Positions 9,169-18,417 of a DNA stretch of 64,000 bases are shown piece by piece. Position 1 is the stretch's first letter. Each line of letters starts with the position of its first letter. The notes beneath the pieces are model-generated. The model was not told the DNA's origin. It searched no databases and saw nothing but the letters and a program-made list of their open reading frames with translations. Location: assembly GCA_044238435.1 (NCBI GenBank), contig JBIIDH010000001.1, positions 5,101 to 69,100 on the forward strand. The letters are read 5' to 3'. Made by a program: the position numbers and the translations under genes. Source of the DNA: Ilumatobacteraceae bacterium (GTDB taxonomy: Bacteria > Actinomycetota > Acidimicrobiia > Acidimicrobiales > Ilumatobacteraceae).

Positions 9169-10956
9169 TCAGGCGATGGTGACGCCGTCGACGAAGTAGT
9201 GGCCCATGCCCGTGGCGACCGCTCCCGAGACGTTGGCCTTGGTGACCGACAGGAAGTTGATCGCGAACGGGATGAGCATCGGCACCTCGTCCTGCAGGAT
9301 GCCGGTGATCTTCTCGCCGGCGGCCTTCTGGCCCTGCAGGTCGGGGGTCGACGAGTACTCGTCGACCGCTGCGTCGAAGTCGGCGTTCGCGAACTCGGCC
9401 GCGTTCCACACGCCCGCACCGTCTTCGACGCTCTTGAAGCTCTTCAGCGCAGCGTTCAGGTACACGTCGGGCACACCGCGGTGGCCGTAGTCGGTGATGC
9501 CGATGTCGGCGCCCGGCACGCTGGGGTCGTAGGTGCGCACCCAGTTCTTGTCGTAGTAGTCGTCGCGCAGCTCGATCGTGAGGTTGATCCCGATCTCCTT
9601 GGCGGCGTTCTGCAGGATGACGGCCAGGTCGGGGGCCTCGAAGTAGTTGATGCCGTAGAGCGTGGCGTCGAAGCCGCCACCGGCATCGGCGACGAGCTGC
9701 TTGGCCTTCTCGACGTCGTACGGCGTCTCGGGCACGTTGCCGGCCGACGGGTACATCCCGAACAGCGGCGTGTCGTACGCAGCGGCGGCGCGACCACCGA
9801 AGATGGCCTCGATGATGGCCTTGCGGTCGGTGGCGAGCGCCATGGCCTGGCGGATGCGCTTGTCGGCGAAGGGACCTTCCGAGCACCGCATGTGGATCTG
9901 GCGGTGGTTGGCCGAGGGGATCTCGGAGATCGTGTAGTCGGGGTTGTCGAACAGCGACTCTGCGCCTGCGTAGTTGAACTGCGGGATGGCGTCGATCTCG
10001 TCGGACTGGAACGCAGCAACGGTGGCCGCCTGGTCGCTGAAGAACGTGAACTCGAGGCCGCCGAGGCTCATCGGCTTGCCCCAGTAGTTGGGGTTCGGCA
10101 CGTAGACGACACCCGAGGTGGCGTCGAACGACTTGATGGTCCAGGGGCCCGTGGTGGCGATCTTGCCGGCGGCCACGTCGGCGGCGAAGTTGCTGGTGTC
10201 GGTGACCGAGGCGGGCAGGATGACCGCGTTGTAGTTGTCGCTCGACACGATGTACGGGAAGTTGGCGAACGGCCCGTTCAGGGTGAACACCACGGTGGTG
10301 TCGTCGGCGGCCTTGGTGCCACCGGGCGACAACTTGCCCGTGCTGAACGCCGACAGCGAGTTCGAGTTGTTGGCGGGGTCGACGAGGCGCTCGATGGTGG
10401 CCACGACATCGGCCGCCGTGACGGGGGAGCCATCGCTGAACTTGGCAGCCGGGTCGAGCTTGAAGGTCCACTCGGTGGCATCGGCGTTGGCCGACCACTC
10501 CTTGGCGAGCGACGGGCTGAGCGTGAGGTCGGGGTTCGACAGGGTGAGGAACTGGCCCACCTGGCTGAGCAGGATGAGGCCACCACCGTCGTTGACGAGC
10601 ACCGGGTCGAGCGTGGCCGACGCAGCCGACGGCGCGACGCCGGCGACACGGAGGGTGCCGCCCCGGGCAGCGGGGGCGCTGGTCTCGACCGGAGCGGCCG
10701 TGGTCTCGGTGGCTCCGCCGCCGGCCGTGGTCTCGGTGCCGCCGCCGGCGGCCGTGGTGGACGCCGACTCCTTGTCGTCGCCGCAGGCGGCGATGACGGC
10801 ACCGATCGCGGGCAGCGAGAGCCCGACGACCGTGCCCCGACGGATGAAGCCACGCCGCGACAAGCGGCCGGCCACGAATTCGTCGATCACGTGATTGGCG
10901 ACGTCGCCCTGTGTGCGGCGGATGCCGTCGATACGGGCGTGGTCCTTGCTGTTCAT
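9169..10956 (-). CDS. ABC transporter substrate-binding protein, family 5 (peptide/opine/nickel type), Tat-signal lipoprotein-like
   Basis: Start at MNSKDHARIDG…. It has a twin-arginine motif SRRGFIRRG, a hydrophobic stretch …AIGAVIAACGDD and a Thr/Gly-rich linker, with SBP_bac_5-like length. GGGGGA lies upstream of the ATG. The ORF-track upstream 66 aa are spurious. Confidence 0.8.
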   Translation of the reverse strand: MNSKDHARIDGIRRTQGDVANHVIDEFVAGRLSRRGFIRRGTVVGLSLPAIGAVIAACGDDKESASTTAAGGGTETTAGGGATETTAAPVETSAPAARGGTLRVAGVAPSAASATLDPVLVNDGGGLILLSQVGQFLTLSNPDLTLSPSLAKEWSANADATEWTFKLDPAAKFSDGSPVTAADVVATIERLVDPANNSNSLSAFSTGKLSPGGTKAADDTTVVFTLNGPFANFPYIVSSDNYNAVILPASVTDTSNFAADVAAGKIATTGPWTIKSFDATSGVVYVPNPNYWGKPMSLGGLEFTFFSDQAATVAAFQSDEIDAIPQFNYAGAESLFDNPDYTISEIPSANHRQIHMRCSEGPFADKRIRQAMALATDRKAIIEAIFGGRAAAAYDTPLFGMYPSAGNVPETPYDVEKAKQLVADAGGGFDATLYGINYFEAPDLAVILQNAAKEIGINLTIELRDDYYDKNWVRTYDPSVPGADIGITDYGHRGVPDVYLNAALKSFKSVEDGAGVWNAAEFANADFDAAVDEYSSTPDLQGQKAAGEKITGILQDEVPMLIPFAINFLSVTKANVSGAVATGMGHYFVDGVTIA

Positions 10957-11075
10957 GATCCCCCCAGAGGTCGTTGGTCGGTGCAGTATTGCACACACCC
11001 GATGTGTTGGTTCAGAGCAACCCCAGTTGCGATGAAACTCCTGACGTGCCCCGCGGCAGACAGTACCATCCGCCC

Positions 11076-11879
11076 ATGCCCAGCACCCTTGCGTCGGTCG
11101 TCGATCTCGAGTCCTATCCGCTCGATCGGGTCGGGTCGGATGACTGGATCGCACTCGTCGAACGGTGTCGCGCCGAGCTGATCGACCGGGGCATGTTCGA
11201 GTTGCCGGGCTTCCTGCGCGCCGATGTGCTGGCCGACATCACCGCCCGACTGCTGCCACGGATGGCGACCGAGTCGTGGGAGCAGCGACGGATGCACAAC
11301 ATCTACTTCCTCGACCACGTCGAGGGTCTGGCGCCCGACCATCCGGCCCTGCACCGCATCCTCACCGTGAACCACACCCTGTGCGCCGACCAGCTGCGCG
11401 ACACGGCGCTCACCGAGTTGTACGAGTGGGAGCCGTTCCGTCAGTTCATCGCCGCCACCGTGGGCATGGACGAGTTGTACCTGATGGACGACACCCTGGC
11501 CCGCGTGAACGTGCTCAGTTATCGCCCCGGCGAGGCGCTGAACTGGCACTTCGACCGATCGGTGTTCACCACCACGTTGCTGCTGCAGGCCGCCGAGCAC
11601 GACGGCATCTTCGAGTACCGCCGCGAGCTGCGCACCGACACCGACCCCAACTACGAGGGTGTGGGCCACGTCGTGGCGGGCACCGACCCCGACGTCATCC
11701 GCTGCGCGGTGCAGCCCGGGGCGCTCAACGTGTTCTTCGGCAAGAACACGGCCCACCGGGTCACCACCGTGGAGGGTTCGCTCGAGCGGATGATCGCCGT
11801 GTTCTCGTTCTACGACCGGCCCGGTGTGGTGTTCACCGACAGCGAGAACCTCGGCTTCTACGGTCGCACTGCACCGTGA
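11076..11879 (+). CDS. putative Fe(II)/2-oxoglutarate-dependent oxygenase (small PhyH/IDO-like)
   Basis: 267 aa from MPSTLASVVDLESY. It has a candidate HxD…H facial triad (NWHFDRS … NTAHRVTTV). It is divergent from the SBP operon and immediately upstream of the Rieske oxygenase. Family assignment is tentative. Confidence 0.5.
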   Translation: MPSTLASVVDLESYPLDRVGSDDWIALVERCRAELIDRGMFELPGFLRADVLADITARLLPRMATESWEQRRMHNIYFLDHVEGLAPDHPALHRILTVNHTLCADQLRDTALTELYEWEPFRQFIAATVGMDELYLMDDTLARVNVLSYRPGEALNWHFDRSVFTTTLLLQAAEHDGIFEYRRELRTDTDPNYEGVGHVVAGTDPDVIRCAVQPGALNVFFGKNTAHRVTTVEGSLERMIAVFSFYDRPGVVFTDSENLGFYGRTAP

Positions 11880-13021
11880 ACCCGACGCAGCCCGCCGGAG
11901 CGCTGGCCGCCGTGAGGCGTGCCCTCGTGGCGGCCGAGCAGCAGGGCTACGACGACGCCTGGTCGCTGCCGCACGAGGCCTACACCGATACCGACCTCCT
12001 GGCCGTCGAGCAGTTGGAACTGTTCGGCCAGGAGTGGGTGTGCATCGGTCGGGGCGACGAGATCGCCCACGTGGGCGACACGATGCCGTTCCAGCTCTGC
12101 GACGAGCCGCTCGTCGCAGTGCGCGGCGACGACGGTCGGGTTCGTGTGCTGTCGAACGTGTGCCGTCACCGCGGTGCCATCGTCGTGCCCGAACGCAGCC
12201 AGGGGTCGCATCTGCTGTGCCCCTACCACCACTGGTCGTACGACCTCGACGGGGCGCTGGCCCGCGCCCCGCGCCTCGACGAGCACACTGCGTTCGAGCC
12301 AGCCGCCTGCCGCCTGCCGGAGGTGGCCTGCGAGGAGTGGCTCGGGTTCCTGTTCGTGTCGCTGGCCGACCGACCAGCGCCCCTGGCGCCCCGTCTGGCC
12401 GGGCTCGAAGCGCTCGTCGGTAACTACCACCTCGAACAGATGACCACCCGCTTCGTGGCCGACGAGGTGTGGCCCACCAACTGGAAGTGCTTCGTCGAGA
12501 ACTTCATGGAGGGCTACCACCTCACCCCGCTGCACCGAACCACTCTGCACCCGGTGAACCCCACCCGACTGTGCCGGCACTACGAACCCGGCGACGCCTA
12601 TTTCGGCTATCACGCCGGGTTCTCGCCCGATCTGCCGCGCAGCGAGCGCGGCCATCCAGACCTGTCGCCCGCAGAGGTCGACAACTGCGTGATGTTCGCC
12701 ATCCCGCCCGGCCTGGTGTCGGGGTGCGCGGGCGACTACAGCTCGTTCATCTGCATCCAGCCCGAGAGCGTCGACCGGGTGCGGTTGAAGATGGGGCTGC
12801 AGTTCTTCGGCGAGCACTGGACCGACGAACTGGTCGAGCACGCCGCGGTGCTGTTCCAGGAGACGAACGCCGAGGACCGCGTGGTGCTCGAGGGCATCAC
12901 CCGGGCCTATCGGTCACGGCACCATCGGCCGGGGCCACTCGCCCCGGCCGCGTTCGAAGGACCGATCCACGACTTCCACCGGTACCTGGCCAGGCGGCTG
13001 GTACCGGCGCTGGGCGCCTGA
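11876..13021 (+). CDS. Rieske non-heme iron oxygenase alpha subunit, GbcA/Stc2/CntA-like (betaine N-demethylase type)
   Basis: The GTG start overlaps the upstream stop (GTGA). N-terminus LPHEAYTDTDLLAVEQLELFGQEWVCIGRGDE is typical of the family. The Rieske motif is CRHRG…x17…CPYHHW, followed by a C-terminal catalytic domain. The ORF-track N-terminal 237 aa are out-of-frame junk. Confidence 0.8.
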   Translation: MNPTQPAGALAAVRRALVAAEQQGYDDAWSLPHEAYTDTDLLAVEQLELFGQEWVCIGRGDEIAHVGDTMPFQLCDEPLVAVRGDDGRVRVLSNVCRHRGAIVVPERSQGSHLLCPYHHWSYDLDGALARAPRLDEHTAFEPAACRLPEVACEEWLGFLFVSLADRPAPLAPRLAGLEALVGNYHLEQMTTRFVADEVWPTNWKCFVENFMEGYHLTPLHRTTLHPVNPTRLCRHYEPGDAYFGYHAGFSPDLPRSERGHPDLSPAEVDNCVMFAIPPGLVSGCAGDYSSFICIQPESVDRVRLKMGLQFFGEHWTDELVEHAAVLFQETNAEDRVVLEGITRAYRSRHHRPGPLAPAAFEGPIHDFHRYLARRLVPALGA

Positions 13022-13029
13022 TCAGGCGC
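13014..13029. other. perfect 16-bp palindrome GCGCCTGATCAGGCGC containing both stop codons of the convergent Rieske and DMGO genes
   Basis: Seen in the sequence. The genes abut with a zero-length spacer (TGA/TCA). Confidence 0.3.
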
Positions 13030-15481
13030 GCATCCGCAGGCCCTCGGGGTCGAGCACCGGCTCGTGCTGCAGCGTCGCCGGGCGACGACGGCCCATGATC
13101 TCGATCTCGAAGCCCGATTCGGCCGTAGCGATCTCGGTGGGGACGTAGCCGAGGGCCAGCGACACCGCCGAGTAGTGGGCGTAGCCGCCACTGGTGATCC
13201 AGCCGACCACCTCGCCGTTGTGCCACACCGGCTCGTCGCCGATCACGTCGGCGGGGGCATCGGGGTCGACCTCGACACGGAACATGACGAGCTTGCGCTT
13301 CGGGCCGCCGGCGGCGATCTCGGCCTCGACGGCTGCACGTCCGATGAACTCGTGGTCGAACTTCAGCGAACGGTCCATGCCGGCCTCGAGCGGCGTGTAG
13401 ATGGGCCGGTACTCGCGGTACCAGGTGCCGAAGTTCTTCTCGAGACGCATCGTGATGAGCGCTCGGAAGCCGAACAGGCGCATGTCGAACTCCTGGCCGG
13501 CCTCCCAGATGAGGTCGAACAGGTAGCGCTGGTACTCGGGCTCCATCCAGATCTCGTAGCCGAGATCGCCCGAGTAGGTCATCCGGCTCAGCCACACCGG
13601 CGCCATGCCGAGGTTCACCTTGCGGAACGCCATGAACGGGAAGTCCTTCGTGGCGAGCGAGGTGTCGGTGAGCTTCTGGAGCACATCGCGCGACAGCGGA
13701 CCAGCCACGGTGAGGCCCACCATCGACAGACGGAGGTTCTCGAAGCGGATGGGGCTGCCTTCGGGCAGGTGCGAGAGGAACCACCGCGGGTGGTGCACCT
13801 CGGCGGCCTGCGAGCCGAACAGGAAGAACTCGTCGTCGCCGATGCGGCTGACCGAGAACTCGCCCTCGATACGACCCTGCGGGTTCAGCATCGCAGTGAG
13901 GTTGGTGCGGCCGATCTTCGGCAGGCTGTTGGTGAACAGACCCTGCAGCCACTCGGCTGCGCCGGGGCCACTCACCTTGTACTTGGCGAAGTTCGAGGCC
14001 TCGCTGAAGCCCACCCGCTCGCGCACCGCACGGCTCTCCTCGGCCACCACGTCGAACGCGTTCGAACGCAGGAAGGTGATGTTCTCGACCGGCTCGAGGC
14101 CCGGCTTCTGGAACCACAGCGGGTGCTCGAGACCCATCGCCGCGCCCCACACCGCATTGTGCGCGGTGAGACGGTCGTAGATGGGGGTGGTGAGCAGCGG
14201 ACGTGCCGCCGGCAGTTCCTCGTTCGGGAAGGTGATGCGGAAGCGCCGCGAGTAGTTCTCGCGCACTTTCGAGTTGGTGTATGCGAGGGTGGCGAAGTCG
14301 CCGTAGCGGGCCACGTCCATGCCCCAGATGTCGGCACCCGGGTCGCCGTTCACCATCCACTCGGCGAGGCTGAGGCCCACGCCACCGCCCTGCGACAGAC
14401 CGGCCATCACGGCGCACGCCGACCACATGCCGCGCATGCCCTTGATGGGGCCCACCAGCGGGTTGCCGTCGGGGCTGAACGTGAACGGCCCGTTCACGAA
14501 CCGCTGGATACCGGCGCGGCCGACGGCGGGGAAGTGCTCGAAGGCCCGCTCGAGCTCGGGCGAGATGCGGTCGAGGTCGTGGGGGAGCAGCTGCGAGACG
14601 AAGTCCCACGGGGTCTGCTTGGCCGACCACACCCGGTTCTCCTGCTCGTAGGTGCCGAGCAGGATGCTCTGGCCCTCCTGGCGGGCGTAGATCTCGCCGG
14701 CGAAGTCGATCATGTGGGGCAGTTCGCGGCCGTGCGTCTGGTTGTACTCGATCACCTCGGGCATCGGCTCGGTCATCAGGTAGTGGTGCTCCATCGCCAG
14801 CACCGGCAGCTCCAAGCCGCACATCCGGCCCACTTCACGGGCCCACAGACCGCCGGCGTTCACGACGTGCTCGGTGTGGATGACACCCTTGTCGTCGCCG
14901 GTGTTCGGGTCGTAGCAGTGCACGTCCCAGGTGCCGTCCTGACGCTGGGTGAGCTTGTTCACCCAGGTGTGCTGGTAGGTCTCGGCGCCGCGGTTGCGGG
15001 CGCAGATGAGGTACGCGTTGGTCACGCCGGTGGGGTCGACGCTGCCCTCGTCCTCGTCGTACATCGCGCCGACGAAGAAGCGCTCCTCGAGCAGCGGGTT
15101 CAGCTCCTTGGCCTCCTTCATCGACATCATCTCGGTCTTCATGCCGAGGTAGCGGCCGCGGGCGTGCGCCATGCGCAGCCAGTCGAGGCGCTCGGGCGTG
15201 TCGGCCAGCTGCAGGCCGCCGGGCAGGTGGATGCCGCAGTTCTGGCCGCTCTCGGCCTCGATCTCGCGGTACAGGTTCACCGTGTACTGCTGCAGGCGGG
15301 CCACGTTGGGGTCGCCGTTCAGCGTGTGCATGCCACCTGCGGCATGCCACGTGCTGCCCGAGGTGTACGTCGCCTTCTCGACGAGAACGACATCGGACCA
15401 GCCGGCCTTGGTGAGGTGGTACAGCACGCTGGCGCCGACCACACCTCCACCGATGACGACGACCTGGGTTGAGGTTTTCAT
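13022..15481 (-). CDS. dimethylglycine oxidase / sarcosine-dimethylglycine dehydrogenase family flavoenzyme (FAD DAO domain fused to GcvT folate-binding domain)
   Basis: 819 aa from MKTSTQVVVIGGGVVGASVLYHL (Rossmann GxGxxG). The C-terminal half is glycine-cleavage-T-like. AGGAG lies 7 nt upstream of the ATG. The 120-aa ORF-track extension is spurious. Confidence 0.85.
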   Translation of the reverse strand: MKTSTQVVVIGGGVVGASVLYHLTKAGWSDVVLVEKATYTSGSTWHAAGGMHTLNGDPNVARLQQYTVNLYREIEAESGQNCGIHLPGGLQLADTPERLDWLRMAHARGRYLGMKTEMMSMKEAKELNPLLEERFFVGAMYDEDEGSVDPTGVTNAYLICARNRGAETYQHTWVNKLTQRQDGTWDVHCYDPNTGDDKGVIHTEHVVNAGGLWAREVGRMCGLELPVLAMEHHYLMTEPMPEVIEYNQTHGRELPHMIDFAGEIYARQEGQSILLGTYEQENRVWSAKQTPWDFVSQLLPHDLDRISPELERAFEHFPAVGRAGIQRFVNGPFTFSPDGNPLVGPIKGMRGMWSACAVMAGLSQGGGVGLSLAEWMVNGDPGADIWGMDVARYGDFATLAYTNSKVRENYSRRFRITFPNEELPAARPLLTTPIYDRLTAHNAVWGAAMGLEHPLWFQKPGLEPVENITFLRSNAFDVVAEESRAVRERVGFSEASNFAKYKVSGPGAAEWLQGLFTNSLPKIGRTNLTAMLNPQGRIEGEFSVSRIGDDEFFLFGSQAAEVHHPRWFLSHLPEGSPIRFENLRLSMVGLTVAGPLSRDVLQKLTDTSLATKDFPFMAFRKVNLGMAPVWLSRMTYSGDLGYEIWMEPEYQRYLFDLIWEAGQEFDMRLFGFRALITMRLEKNFGTWYREYRPIYTPLEAGMDRSLKFDHEFIGRAAVEAEIAAGGPKRKLVMFRVEVDPDAPADVIGDEPVWHNGEVVGWITSGGYAHYSAVSLALGYVPTEIATAESGFEIEIMGRRRPATLQHEPVLDPEGLRMRA

Positions 15482-15539
15482 GCGGTACTCCTGGACTGAA
15501 AGGTTGCTGAGCTGGAATGGAACGAGTGAGAGGGACCGG

Positions 15540-17156
15540 TCAGTAGTCGGTGGCGACGCCGCCCTCGGCGACGCGCCGGGCGAGGAACTCGTCGAGTTCC
15601 TGGCGGCGGTCGGCGGGCATGGCGGGCGGCTCGTAGGCGTCGAGGAACTTGGCGGCGAGCTGCTTGGCCTTGCCGTCGGCGGTGGGCGAGCCGGCTTCCT
15701 CCCAGCTCTCGTAGTTGCGCCAGTCGCTGAGGAACGGTCGATAGAAGGCGTCGCGGAACCGGGCCTGAGTGTGCGCCGTACCGAAGAAGTGGCCACCCGG
15801 CCCGACCTCTTCGATGGTGTCGATGGCGAGCGTGTCGGCATCGACGATGACGGGCTCCATCATCTTGGTGACCATCTGCAACAGGTCGGCGTCGAGCACC
15901 ATCTTCTCGAGGCTCGAGTGGAGGCCACCCTCCATCCAGCCAGCGCCGTGCATCATGAAGTTCACGCCACCCATGACGGCGCCCCACAGCGCGAACACGC
16001 TTTCGTAGGCGGCCTGGGCGTCGAGCGCGTTGGCTGCACAGACGTTCGAGCTGCGGTACGGGATGCCGTAGCGGCGGGCCAACTGGCCGCCGATCATGGC
16101 GGTGCGCACGTACTCGGGGGTGCCGAACGCCGGCGCGCCGCTCTGCATGTCGACGTTCGAGGTGAACCCTCCGTACATCGCCGGCGCGCCAGGGTTGACG
16201 ATCTGCAGGAAGGCGATACCCGCCAGGGCTTCGGCGTTCTGCTGCGCCAGCGCGCCGGCCAGCGTGATGGGAGCCATGGCGCCGGCGAGGGTGAACGGGG
16301 TGACCACGACGGGCTGGTTGTGGAGGGCGAACTCGATCATGCCCTGTGCCATCGGGATGTCGAGACGCAGCGGCGAGTTGGTGTTCACCACGGTGATGAG
16401 TGACGGCTCGCGGTCGATGGTGGCCTGGTCGACACCGCGGGCGATGCGCACCATCTCGATGCAGTCGATGTTGCGCTGGCGACCGAGGCTGTAGCAGTAC
16501 ATGCCCTTGTCGGTCATCGTGAGGATGTCGTGCGAGGCCTCGAGATGGCGTACCGAGTGGTGGATGTCGATCGGTTCCACCGGGTAGCCCGGCACGTAGT
16601 GGATGACGTTCAGCATCTGCGCCAGCTTCAGCAGGTCGCGGAAGCCTTCGCGGTCGCCGGTGCGGCGCACGCCGTTGCGGTCGATGTAGTGCGGGGTGCT
16701 GGCCACCGTGCCGAACGTGAGCCAGCGGCCGCCGATGCGCACGTTGTGGTCGGGGTTCCAGCTGTGCAGGGTGTACTCGCTGGGTGCCGTGGTGATGGCC
16801 GACTCGATCAGTTCACGGGGGAAGCGCACCCGGTGGTTGCTCTCGTCGACATCGGCGCCGGCAGCCTTCATGATGCTGCGCGACTCGGGGCACATGAACT
16901 CCATGCCGATGCGTTCGAGGATGGTGAGCGAGGCCTGGTGGATCGACTCGAGCTCGTCGGCCGACACCACCTCGGTGTGGTTGAGTCGCATCTGCGGCTG
17001 CTTGAAGGGCAACTGCTCGGGCAGCCGGGAACGGGTGCCCTCGGCGCGGTCGCGGCCACGCCGACGAGCGGGAGTTCCGCCGTCTGGTCCGCTGGTGGGG
17101 CCGGTGTCGGAAGCGGTGTCGGTCACGAGATCCGACACTACACCGCCCGACGGCAT
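15540..17156 (-). CDS. MttB-superfamily (trimethylamine methyltransferase family) methyltransferase, non-pyrrolysine type
   Basis: 538 aa, uninterrupted with no in-frame amber. It aligns along its full length with the second copy at 26624..28138 (…[21 protein letters not shown]…[18 protein letters not shown]…[19 protein letters not shown]…GPGGHFF…). AAGGA lies 4 nt upstream. It ends 58 nt upstream of the DMGO-like gene. Confidence 0.85.
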   Translation of the reverse strand: MPSGGVVSDLVTDTASDTGPTSGPDGGTPARRRGRDRAEGTRSRLPEQLPFKQPQMRLNHTEVVSADELESIHQASLTILERIGMEFMCPESRSIMKAAGADVDESNHRVRFPRELIESAITTAPSEYTLHSWNPDHNVRIGGRWLTFGTVASTPHYIDRNGVRRTGDREGFRDLLKLAQMLNVIHYVPGYPVEPIDIHHSVRHLEASHDILTMTDKGMYCYSLGRQRNIDCIEMVRIARGVDQATIDREPSLITVVNTNSPLRLDIPMAQGMIEFALHNQPVVVTPFTLAGAMAPITLAGALAQQNAEALAGIAFLQIVNPGAPAMYGGFTSNVDMQSGAPAFGTPEYVRTAMIGGQLARRYGIPYRSSNVCAANALDAQAAYESVFALWGAVMGGVNFMMHGAGWMEGGLHSSLEKMVLDADLLQMVTKMMEPVIVDADTLAIDTIEEVGPGGHFFGTAHTQARFRDAFYRPFLSDWRNYESWEEAGSPTADGKAKQLAAKFLDAYEPPAMPADRRQELDEFLARRVAEGGVATDY

Positions 17157-17221
17157 TCCTTGTACGGTTGTCTCGCGAATGGCCGAGCCGGCCGCGTGTC
17201 GTGGAGGAGAGGGGCCGAGCC

Positions 17222-18391
17222 GTGAGCACGATCGTCGCCATCGACATCACCCACCACCAACTGGTGCTCGACCCACCGTTCCCGGCGTCGTGGGATCCGC
17301 AGCCCCGCACGCGGTTCCCCGCCACGATCGTGCGGGTCCGCGACAGCGAGGGTCGGGTGGGCGTGGGCTCGGGCGATGCGATGTACGGCTTCGCCGACTA
17401 CGCCCGCTGGTTCCTGGGCGAGGACCCGCTCGATCTCCAGCAGCACGCGGCCTGCCTGGCCAACGTGGGCTTCCATGCCGGTCGCCCGTGGCCGCTCGAC
17501 GTGGCCCTGTGGGATCTCGCCGGTCAGATCCGCGAGCAGCCGGTGTGGTCGATGCTCGGTGGACGATCGCCCCGGCTGCGGGTATACGCCTCCACCGCAG
17601 TGCACAGGCCGGTGGCGGCGATGGTGGAGGTGGCCCGACGACTCGTCGACGAGGGCTTCGACGCGATGAAGGTGCGGTTCGGTCGAGCGTCGCTGGCCGA
17701 CGACCTGGCCGTCGTGCGCGCGGTTCGAGATGCGGTCGGGCTGGCGCTGACCCTCATGGTCGACTGCAACCAGGGGTGGCGCATGCCGTGGGACACCCAG
17801 GCCCCCTGGCATCTCGACCAGGCCACCGAGGTGGCGCTGGCCCTGCAGCGCGAGGGCGTGTACTGGATGGAGGAACCGCTGCACCGCGGCGACTACGGCG
17901 CGATGAGCGAACTGCGGCGGCGGGTGCGCGAGGCGGCCATCGGTGAGGCACCGATGCTGATCGCCGGCGGCGAGATGACACGTGAGCCGTACGAGTTCGA
18001 CGAGTTGCTGCGACGCGATTGCCTCGACGTGTTCCAGCCGGACGTGGTGTGCACGCAGGGGTTCGCTGCACTCGCCTCGCTGGGGCGCCGCGTGGTGGCC
18101 GACGGCAAGGTGTTCACGCCGCACACGTGGGGTAACGGCATCGGGGTGCTGGCCAACCTCCATCTGACGGCCGGGTCGGTGGGCCACGAGGGGTCGCGGT
18201 GGGTGGAGTTCCCGCTCGACCCACCGGAATGGAGTATCGAGCGACGCGACTACCCGCTCGAATCTCCGATCACTGCAGAGCGCGGTGAACAGGGCATGTG
18301 GGTCGAGCTCGGCGAGCGACCCGGTCTCGGCATCGACCTCGACGAACAGCGCCTCGCGGCCACCGCCAGTGCCTCGGCCACCTTCTCCTGA
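17222..18391 (+). CDS. enolase-superfamily enzyme, mandelate racemase/muconate-lactonizing-enzyme subgroup (racemase/epimerase/dehydratase)
   Basis: GTG start [12 protein letters not shown] preceded by GGAGGAGAGGGG. It has N-terminal capping and C-terminal barrel features (…MVDCNQGW…EEP…DV…). It is divergent from the MttB gene. Confidence 0.8.
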   Translation: MSTIVAIDITHHQLVLDPPFPASWDPQPRTRFPATIVRVRDSEGRVGVGSGDAMYGFADYARWFLGEDPLDLQQHAACLANVGFHAGRPWPLDVALWDLAGQIREQPVWSMLGGRSPRLRVYASTAVHRPVAAMVEVARRLVDEGFDAMKVRFGRASLADDLAVVRAVRDAVGLALTLMVDCNQGWRMPWDTQAPWHLDQATEVALALQREGVYWMEEPLHRGDYGAMSELRRRVREAAIGEAPMLIAGGEMTREPYEFDELLRRDCLDVFQPDVVCTQGFAALASLGRRVVADGKVFTPHTWGNGIGVLANLHLTAGSVGHEGSRWVEFPLDPPEWSIERRDYPLESPITAERGEQGMWVELGERPGLGIDLDEQRLAATASASATFS

Positions 18392-18417
18392 CCGTCGGCC
18401 TGGTTAGCCTCCACACC

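Noticed and set aside
15540-17156. Possibility that the MttB paralogs are genuine pyrrolysine-containing trimethylamine methyltransferases
   Set aside because: Both reading frames are uninterrupted, with no in-frame TAG. Actinobacteria lack the Pyl machinery and no pylTSBCD-like genes are present in the window. They are non-Pyl family members.
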